A DNA stretch of 49,384 nt from Anaerolineales bacterium (GTDB lineage Bacteria; Chloroflexota; Anaerolineae; E26-bin7): assembly GCA_004377365.1 (NCBI GenBank), contig SOHZ01000288.1, positions 1-49,384 on the forward strand, written 5' to 3'. Position 1 is the first letter of the stretch; each line of letters opens with the position of its first letter. A program made the position numbers and the translations under genes. The notes beneath the pieces are model-generated. The model made no database searches. It was not told the DNA's origin and saw nothing but the letters and a program-made list of their open reading frames with translations. Below, piece by piece: positions 42,917 to 49,384 of the stretch.

Positions 42917-45778
42917 ATGAGCAGAATCTACGTGGCTCTGGACCTGGAGACCACCGGCCTGCGGCCTGAGCACGACGCCATCATCGAGATTGGAGCGGTC
43001 AAGTTCCGCGAGAACGAGGTGTTGGAGACCTGGTCTAGCCTGATCAACCCCCAACGCTCCATCCCTCACAAAATTACCCAACTGACGGGCATCACTCAGG
43101 CCGAGGTGGATCAGGCTCCTACTCTGTCCTCAGTCATCGGCCCCTTGAGGAGCTTTGTCAAGGATTATCCCATCGTTGGCCACAATGTACCCTTCGATCT
43201 GAGGTTCCTGGAACGCCACGATCTCTTTCTGGACAATCCGGCCATTGACACCTTTGAGCTGGCCAGTATCCTTCTGCCCCATGCTGCGCGTTACAGCCTG
43301 GGCATCCTGGCTGACACTCTGAGCATCACCTTCCCCACCCGACACCGCGCCCTGGACGACGCCCTGGCTACCAAGGACCTTTTCCTGGGACTCTTGCAGC
43401 AGGCCTCTCAACTGGACCTCAGCGTCATCCGCGAGATCAACCGTCTGGCTGCCAGGAGTAACTGGTCTCTTAGGCCCGTCTTCCAGGGTCTGGAGCGCAA
43501 TAAGGTCCGCTTCGCCTTCACCGGCAGCATCGGCCAGCAACTGATGGCCAAAGGGGCTCTGGACGGCGAGGGCTCCATGAGGCTGCTCTTCACCCAGGAG
43601 GAAAGAGCGAAGCCCCTCCAGCCGAAAGCGGAGCGGCAGTTGTTGGACATGGACTCCCTGGCGGCCATGCTGGGGGAGGACGGCGATTTCTCCTACAAGT
43701 TTCCCGGCTACGAGTATCGTCCTCAGCAAGTGGAAATGCTTCGGGCCGTGGCCGAGGCCTTCAACGAGCGCCAGCACCTCCTGGTGGAGGCCGGCACCGG
43801 TACGGGGAAATCCATCGCTTATCTCCTGCCTGCAGCCCATTTCGCTGTGCAGAACGGCGAGCGGGTGGTCATCTCCACCAACACCATCAATCTGCAAGAC
43901 CAGCTCTTCTTAAAGGACGTTCCCGACTTGCAGAAAATACTGCCTTTTGAATTCAAAGCAGCCTTGCTCAAAGGACGCAGCAACTATATTTGCCTGCGGC
44001 GGCTGACTGCTATGCGCCGTGCTGGCAATTTATCGGTTGACGAACTGCGGGTGCTGGCCAAAGTCCTGGTTTGGCTGCCCAGCACGATGATTGGTGATCG
44101 GGCCGAGTTGTTCATGCCCACCCTGGGGGAGCGCCTCATAGGGAATCGAATCTGCTCAGATTCCGAGAATTGCCTGGCCGAGCGGTGCACTTTTCGGCAG
44201 GAAGGTAAGTGCTTTTTCTATCGCGCCCGTCAGCAGGCGGAGGGGGCTCACCTCATCGTCGTCAACCACGCTCTGCTCCTCTCCGACGTAGCCGTGGAAA
44301 ATCGGGTGCTGCCCGAATATCGCTACCTCATCGTGGATGAAGCTCACCACCTGGAGGATGCCACCACCCATCAACTGAGTTTTGCAGTCAGCCTGCGGAG
44401 CGCCCAACGGCTGCTCTCCGAGTTGAGCCAGAGGCCGGGCCCCAGGCGCTACACAGGCTACCTGGCCGAGGTCATGGCCCGCTGCCGAGGAAGCGTGCCT
44501 GAGGCTATCGAGCATGAGTTGGAGAGTTACATCAGGGACCTGCACCAAGAGGTGGAAGCGGCCGAGCGTAGCCTCCACGAATTCTTTGACACCCTATCTC
44601 TCTTTCTGAAGGAGCACAGCCGACCGGGCGGCAAATACGATCAACGCATCAGACTGACCAGCGGCCTCCGGGTGCAGCCCGCCTGGGCAGACGTGGAAAT
44701 TGCCGGGGACAACTTTGCCGTTCACCTTTTCAAGTTAAGTGGTGGGCTGAAGCGACTCTATAGTGGTCTGGGGGATCTGGAAGGCTATGACATCTCTGAC
44801 TATGAGGATCTGCTGCAAGGATTGCTGGGCTATCACCAACGGCTGGAGGGCCTGCACGAACAACTGAACGCTCTCATTGCCGAACCCTCACCCGGCGACA
44901 TCTATTGGGTCAAGATCGCGGCCAAAGACGAGGAACTCTCTCTGCACGCCGCACCCCTGCACATCGGTCATCTGGTGGAGCAACATTTGCTTGCACCTAA
45001 GAAGTGCGTCGTCCTCACCTCAGCTACCCTGTGCACCGACGGCGATTTCAGCTTCATCAAGGAACGCCTCAATGCCTGGGAGGCGCAGGAACTGGCGGTC
45101 GGCTCTCCTTTCGATTACGTGAATTCCACTTTGCTCTACCTGGTCAACGACATCCCCGCGCCCAACCAACCCTATTATCAGAAAGCTGTGGAGCAGGCGC
45201 TTATCGCCCTCTGCCGGGCCACCCGGGGGCGCACCTTGGCTCTTTTCACCTCTTACAATCAGTTGCGCAATACCTCCAAGACCATCACCCGCCCTCTGGC
45301 AGAACACGACATCGTGGTTTTTCAGCAGGGCGATGGCTCCTCACGCCGTCAACTGCTGGAGAACTTTCGCACCACCCCCCGTTCGGTCCTCCTGGGCACG
45401 CGCAGCTTTTGGGAGGGGATTGATGTCATGGGCGAGGCTCTCAGTTGCCTGGTCATCGCCCGGCTGCCCTTCTCCGTGCCCACCGATCCCGTCTTTGCTG
45501 CCCGCAGCGAGACCTTCGAGGACCCTTTTGGCCAGTATGCGGTGCCGGAGACCATCCTGCGCTTTCGCCAGGGTTTTGGGCGGCTCATCAGGAGCAAGAC
45601 CGATCGGGGCGTGGTGGTGATCCTCGACAAGCGGGTGCTGACCAAATCCTATGGCCAGTCCTTCTTGAACTCGTTGCCGGAATGTACCGTCAAACGCGAC
45701 CCTCTAGCGGACCTTCCCGCTGCGGCGGCCCGCTGGATTGATGGCGAAGCGTCTTACCAGCCGGGTATGGGTTTGTGA
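42917..45778 (+). CDS. dinG: DnaQ-like exonuclease / DinG-family helicase fusion
   Basis: ALDLETTG, VGHNVPFD, HRALDDA; EAGTGTGKS, IVDEAHH, LTSATL, SFWEGID, QGFGRLIRS. Confidence 0.92.
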   Translation: MSRIYVALDLETTGLRPEHDAIIEIGAVKFRENEVLETWSSLINPQRSIPHKITQLTGITQAEVDQAPTLSSVIGPLRSFVKDYPIVGHNVPFDLRFLERHDLFLDNPAIDTFELASILLPHAARYSLGILADTLSITFPTRHRALDDALATKDLFLGLLQQASQLDLSVIREINRLAARSNWSLRPVFQGLERNKVRFAFTGSIGQQLMAKGALDGEGSMRLLFTQEERAKPLQPKAERQLLDMDSLAAMLGEDGDFSYKFPGYEYRPQQVEMLRAVAEAFNERQHLLVEAGTGTGKSIAYLLPAAHFAVQNGERVVISTNTINLQDQLFLKDVPDLQKILPFEFKAALLKGRSNYICLRRLTAMRRAGNLSVDELRVLAKVLVWLPSTMIGDRAELFMPTLGERLIGNRICSDSENCLAERCTFRQEGKCFFYRARQQAEGAHLIVVNHALLLSDVAVENRVLPEYRYLIVDEAHHLEDATTHQLSFAVSLRSAQRLLSELSQRPGPRRYTGYLAEVMARCRGSVPEAIEHELESYIRDLHQEVEAAERSLHEFFDTLSLFLKEHSRPGGKYDQRIRLTSGLRVQPAWADVEIAGDNFAVHLFKLSGGLKRLYSGLGDLEGYDISDYEDLLQGLLGYHQRLEGLHEQLNALIAEPSPGDIYWVKIAAKDEELSLHAAPLHIGHLVEQHLLAPKKCVVLTSATLCTDGDFSFIKERLNAWEAQELAVGSPFDYVNSTLLYLVNDIPAPNQPYYQKAVEQALIALCRATRGRTLALFTSYNQLRNTSKTITRPLAEHDIVVFQQGDGSSRRQLLENFRTTPRSVLLGTRSFWEGIDVMGEALSCLVIARLPFSVPTDPVFAARSETFEDPFGQYAVPETILRFRQGFGRLIRSKTDRGVVVILDKRVLTKSYGQSFLNSLPECTVKRDPLADLPAAAARWIDGEASYQPGMGL

Positions 45779-45795
45779 AAATGTTAGCAGGGCAT

Positions 45796-45824
45796 TTGAC
45801 AGTTGCCAGAGGAAGACTTATAAT
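45796..45824 (+). promoter_or_regulatory. Consensus sigma70 promoter of efp
   Basis: TTGACA-17-TATAAT. Confidence 0.85.
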
Positions 45825-45871
45825 CCAGACCAGAGGTTAGAATTAGAAATTAGAAGGGGCGAAGAACAACC

Positions 45872-46429
45872 ATGATTGATGTGAACGAACTCAGAAAAGG
45901 CGTTACCTTCGAGTTGGATGGGGAACTGTATCAAATCCTCGACTACCAACACCACAAACCCGGCCGAGGAAAAGCCATCATCCGCACCACCATTCGCAAC
46001 CTGCGCACCGGTGCCATCATTGACAAGAAATTTATCTCCGGTGACCGGGTTCAGGACGTTCGCCTGGACCATCATACAGTCCAGTATCTCTACAGCGATG
46101 GGGACCTCTACTACTTTATGGATACCAAGACTTACGAGCAGCCCAGCCTTTCGGCCGAGGTCCTGGGCGAGGCGGTGAACTATCTGACCGACGGGTTGAC
46201 CTTGGAATTGTCCACCTACGAGGGCGAGCCCATAGACCTCGAGTTGCCCGTCACCGTCGAATTGGAGGTCGTGGAGGCTCCGCCGGGTTACGCTGGCGAT
46301 ACGGCCACTGGTGCCACCAAACAGGTCATCCTGGCGACCGGTTTGAAAGTCCAGGTGCCCCTCTTCGTCGAGAAGGGCGACCGCATCAGAGTGGATACCC
46401 GCACCGGTGAGTATTTGACTCGCGTATAG
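45872..46429 (+). CDS. efp: Elongation factor P
   Basis: HKPGRGKA, QYLYSDG..YFMD..TYEQ, GDTATGATK, VPLFV..GD.I.VDTRTGEY. Confidence 0.97.
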   Translation: MIDVNELRKGVTFELDGELYQILDYQHHKPGRGKAIIRTTIRNLRTGAIIDKKFISGDRVQDVRLDHHTVQYLYSDGDLYYFMDTKTYEQPSLSAEVLGEAVNYLTDGLTLELSTYEGEPIDLELPVTVELEVVEAPPGYAGDTATGATKQVILATGLKVQVPLFVEKGDRIRVDTRTGEYLTRV

Positions 46430-46458
46430 GGCGTATAAGGGGTGAGAGGACAAGGCCA

Positions 46459-47754
46459 GTGAGAGGCAAAAGCCTGGACGATGAATGGGGGCAGCAGTTG
46501 TCTATGTGGGGCAGTCCCCAGGCGGGACCATCTCTCCCAGCTATGCAGATCTACCGGGTCTCGCAGATCACTGCCTACATCAAAGGGTTGTTCGACAGCG
46601 ACTACGCCTTGCAGGACCTCTGGCTGGAAGGTGAGGTCTCGAACTATTCCCGGGCAGCTTCGGGACACGTCTACTTCACCCTCAAGGATGAGGAGGCCCA
46701 GATCCGCTGTGTGATGTGGCGTTCGCAGGCGGAGCGACAGGCCTATTTGCCGCAGAATGGTGAGGCCATTATCGCCCACGGTCGTATCTCGGTCTACGAG
46801 GCAGGAGGCCGGTATCAGCTCTACGTTGACGACATTCAGCCAGCGGGCGCCGGTCTTTTGTACCTCCAATTCGAGGCCCTCAAGGAGCGGTTGGCTGCCG
46901 AGGGCCTCTTTGATGTCGAGCGCAAGCGCCCCTTGCCACCCTTCCCCCGGCGGCTTGGTTTGGTCACCTCGCCCACGGCCGCAGCCCTACGGGACATCGT
47001 GAACGTCCTGAGACGCCGCTATCCCCTGGTCGAAGTGGTGCTTTCACCCACCTTAGTTCAGGGCGATGAGGCTCCTTCCCAGATTGTAGCTGCCATCAAA
47101 GCCCTCAACCAGCATACGGATATGGATGCCATCATCGTCGCCCGGGGTGGCGGTTCACTGGAGGATTTGTGGGCTTTCAACGATGAGCGGGTGGCGCGGG
47201 CTATCTACGCCTCCCAGATACCCGTCGTCACTGGCGTGGGCCACGAGACCGACTTTACCATCGCCGACTTTGTAGCCGATGTGCGGGCTCCCACCCCGTC
47301 GGCAGCAGCCGAGGTGGCTGTGCCCGACCGGCAGGAGCTACGAGGGGCGGTGGAGAATTGGCGCGGGCGTCTGGTGCAGCTCATGAGAGGGCGTATCGAG
47401 GAAGGACGCAGGGCCTTGCAATACCGGGAGCAGATTCTGCGCCGTTTCTCGCCCCAGGCCCAAATTGATAGCTACCGCCAGCGCATTGACGATCTGATGC
47501 ATTCGGCGCTGGCTGGCCTGAAGCACCATCTGGCTCTGGCAAGGGAACGGCTGCGGACCCTGGATAGCCAGTTGCAGACCCTCAGCCCTCTGGCTACTTT
47601 GGAGCGAGGATACGCTATCGCCAGGCACCTGGGCACAGGGAAGGTGGTGAGGAGCATCGCTCAGGTGGGGGCCGGAGACCGGCTGGAAGTGCGGGTGAGC
47701 GACGGCCAGTTCGAGAGCACTGTGGAGGCGGCACAACAGTGCCGTCAGACGTAA
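46459..47754 (+). CDS. xseA: Exodeoxyribonuclease VII large subunit
   Basis: GEVSN..SGHVYFTLKD, RGGGSLEDLWAFN, GVGHETDFTIADFVAD.RAPTPSAAAE; true start may be near 46543. Confidence 0.95.
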   Translation: MRGKSLDDEWGQQLSMWGSPQAGPSLPAMQIYRVSQITAYIKGLFDSDYALQDLWLEGEVSNYSRAASGHVYFTLKDEEAQIRCVMWRSQAERQAYLPQNGEAIIAHGRISVYEAGGRYQLYVDDIQPAGAGLLYLQFEALKERLAAEGLFDVERKRPLPPFPRRLGLVTSPTAAALRDIVNVLRRRYPLVEVVLSPTLVQGDEAPSQIVAAIKALNQHTDMDAIIVARGGGSLEDLWAFNDERVARAIYASQIPVVTGVGHETDFTIADFVADVRAPTPSAAAEVAVPDRQELRGAVENWRGRLVQLMRGRIEEGRRALQYREQILRRFSPQAQIDSYRQRIDDLMHSALAGLKHHLALARERLRTLDSQLQTLSPLATLERGYAIARHLGTGKVVRSIAQVGAGDRLEVRVSDGQFESTVEAAQQCRQT

Positions 47755-47798
47755 GCCCGAAAATCAGGACACAACTTGGGCAGATTAGAGAGAGCGGA

Positions 47799-48038
47799 AT
47801 GGAGATAGAGAATCTGTCATTTGAAGAAGCGTTCAAGGAATTGGAGGAGACAGTGCGCCGCCTGGAAGAGGGGGATTTGACCCTGGATGAGTCCATCACT
47901 CTTTTTGAACGGGGTCAAGCTCTGGCCCGGCATTGCGGCGAAAAGTTGGATAGAGCAGAGCTCAGAGTAAGCCAGCTTGTTCCCTCCAGCGGGCAGGACG
48001 AAGGCGGCTACGAAACCGTGCCCTTTGAAGGCGAGTGA
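47799..48038 (+). CDS. xseB: Exodeoxyribonuclease VII small subunit
   Basis: LSFEEAFKELEETVRRLEEG.L.LDESI.LFERG..L...C...LD.AE. Confidence 0.93.
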   Translation: MEIENLSFEEAFKELEETVRRLEEGDLTLDESITLFERGQALARHCGEKLDRAELRVSQLVPSSGQDEGGYETVPFEGE

Positions 48039-48070
48039 GAGCGGCAAGTATCAGCAGATCACAAAAGCTC

Positions 48071-48117
48071 GCAGCGGATCCCTTCGGTAGGCTCAGGACA
48101 GGCGCCAGATCCGCTGC
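48071..48117. repeat. REP-like unit inside a 10-bp inverted repeat
   Basis: GCAGCGGATC-CCTTCGGTAGGCTCAGGACAGG-CGCCA-GATCCGCTGC. Confidence 0.7.
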
Positions 48118-48196
48118 TCAGTTGCTGGATCTGGCGATCCAGCAGGGGCAAGTTGGGATCTACTGGGTATGTCAACAGACAATAACAGGTTCTGGC

Positions 48197-49183
48197 ATGG
48201 AGCAAGTGATCGAATTGCTGGTTGCCGAAGGTGGCCAGCGTTTGGACAAGTACATCGCCCAGGAGGCACCCGATCTCTCCCGGTCGCTGATACAGAGGCT
48301 GATCCGCGAGGGACTGGTCACTGTCAATGGGCAAACGGTCAAAGCCAGCCGCAAAGTAAAAGTCGGCGATACGATTGTCCTGCACGTCCCGCCGCCGGAA
48401 CCCCTGGAGGTGCGTCCGGAGGCCATCCCTCTGGACATCGTCTACGAGGACGCTGATCTCTTGGTGGTGAACAAACCGGCGGGCATGGTCGTGCACCCGG
48501 CCTATGGCCACCGAACAGCCACTCTGGTCAACGCCGTCCTGGCCCATTGTCCCGAGATAGCCGGTGTGGGGGACACCCTGCGGTCGGGGATAGTCCATCG
48601 CCTGGACAAAGAGACCTCGGGACTGATCATCGTGGCCAAGAACGACGCCGCTCGACAGCATTTGCAGCGGCAGTTCAAACGACGAGAGGTCAAGAAGACC
48701 TATCTGGCTTTGGCGGAAGGGCATTTGGAGCCAGCGCAGGGGCTTATCGAGGCTCCCATCGGCCGTGACCCCCGTCGTCGCAAGCGTATGGCTGTGGTGA
48801 AAGCAGAGGAGGGGGGGCGGGAGGCCCGAACCGAGTATCGGGTGGTGGAGTATTTCGCTTTGCAGGTGGGTGGGAAGTCTCGCCTCTACTCGTTGGTTGA
48901 GGCCCAGCCCGTGACCGGCCGCACCCACCAGGTGCGGGTTCATTTCGCCTTTATCGGCCATCCCCTGGTCGGTGACCCCGTCTATGGCTTCCGCAAACAG
49001 CGTCTGGCTGACTATGGTTTGCCGCCCCTGAGCCGGCAGTTCCTCCACGCTCAGAGCCTAGCCTTTCATTTACCCCATTCCAATCAGTACGTCGAATTCA
49101 GAGCCGAATTGCCGACTGACTTGAGGGAGGTGTTGGAAAGATTACGAGTTCCGACTGACTCCGGACCCTGGTCGCTGCCGTGA
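48197..49183 (+). CDS. rluD: RluA/RluD-family pseudouridine synthase with S4 domain
   Basis: RLDKYIA..SRS, VNKPAGMVVHP, IVHRLDKETSG, TGRTHQVRVH, HPLVGD.VYG. Confidence 0.92.
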   Translation: MEQVIELLVAEGGQRLDKYIAQEAPDLSRSLIQRLIREGLVTVNGQTVKASRKVKVGDTIVLHVPPPEPLEVRPEAIPLDIVYEDADLLVVNKPAGMVVHPAYGHRTATLVNAVLAHCPEIAGVGDTLRSGIVHRLDKETSGLIIVAKNDAARQHLQRQFKRREVKKTYLALAEGHLEPAQGLIEAPIGRDPRRRKRMAVVKAEEGGREARTEYRVVEYFALQVGGKSRLYSLVEAQPVTGRTHQVRVHFAFIGHPLVGDPVYGFRKQRLADYGLPPLSRQFLHAQSLAFHLPHSNQYVEFRAELPTDLREVLERLRVPTDSGPWSLP

Positions 49184-49201
49184 GCGTACCAAGTCAGGAC
49201 A

Positions 49202-49384
49202 TGTCATTCTAAGCGACCGAAGGGAGCGAAGAATCTCGGTCCACAAGCTAAGAACGGGATGGGTATATCCCAGAAATGTCGGTGAGCGGGGCACACTGCC
49301 TGTCATTGCGAGCGACCGAAGGGAGCGAGGCAATCTCCTGACTTGGCCAAACGAGATTGCTTCGTCGCGGAGTTTATCCTGAGC
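49202..49384. repeat. Cluster of GTCATT-type REP-like repeats downstream of rluD
   Basis: TGTCATTCTAAGCGACCGAAGGGAGCGAAGAATCTC (49202-37); TGTCATTGCGAGCGACCGAAGGGAGCGAGGCAATCTC (49301-37); inverted arm GAGATTGCTTCGTCGC; start of a CCTGAGC unit at the window end. Confidence 0.75.

Noticed and set aside
1-49384. tRNA, rRNA, riboswitch, prophage or IS transposase
   Set aside because: None recognisable by eye; covariance-model searches were not possible

Overview
Bacterial chromosomal window of about 55-60% GC. Gene content and the GT-C architecture point to Chloroflexota, probably Anaerolineae (inference). Bases 1-41.8 kb are a cell-surface glycosylation locus. It holds nine large GT-C-fold membrane glycosyltransferases (DUF2079, ArnT/PMT-like, DUF2142-like, DUF2723; one truncated by the window edge). 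The eight complete ones end in 1-3 copies of a shared ~130-aa extracellular beta-domain. The locus also encodes a polyprenyl-phosphate GT2, a flippase-like protein, GT2, GT4, gmd, an rmd-like reductase, gmhB, PMM/PGM, a polyprenyl synthase and tatD. An 8.5-kb accessory island (23.1-31.7 kb) interrupts it, carrying several TA modules, a stand-alone SIR2 gene and a DUF4062-REase-like-NACHT-pentapeptide-WD40 NLR-like gene. Further TA inserts are Phd/DUF5678 plus aspartyl protease, MNT-HEPN and DinJ-YafQ. Housekeeping genes dinG, efp, xseA, xseB and rluD close the window. The most unusual features are: (i) several families of small REP-like and heptamer elements inserted in frame inside intact genes, including a nested 24+24-bp insertion; (ii) stranded gene-end remnants suggesting cassette-like turnover of glycosyltransferases; (iii) a candidate NLR+SIR2 defence pair. 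All family calls come from motif recognition by eye; no database search was run.
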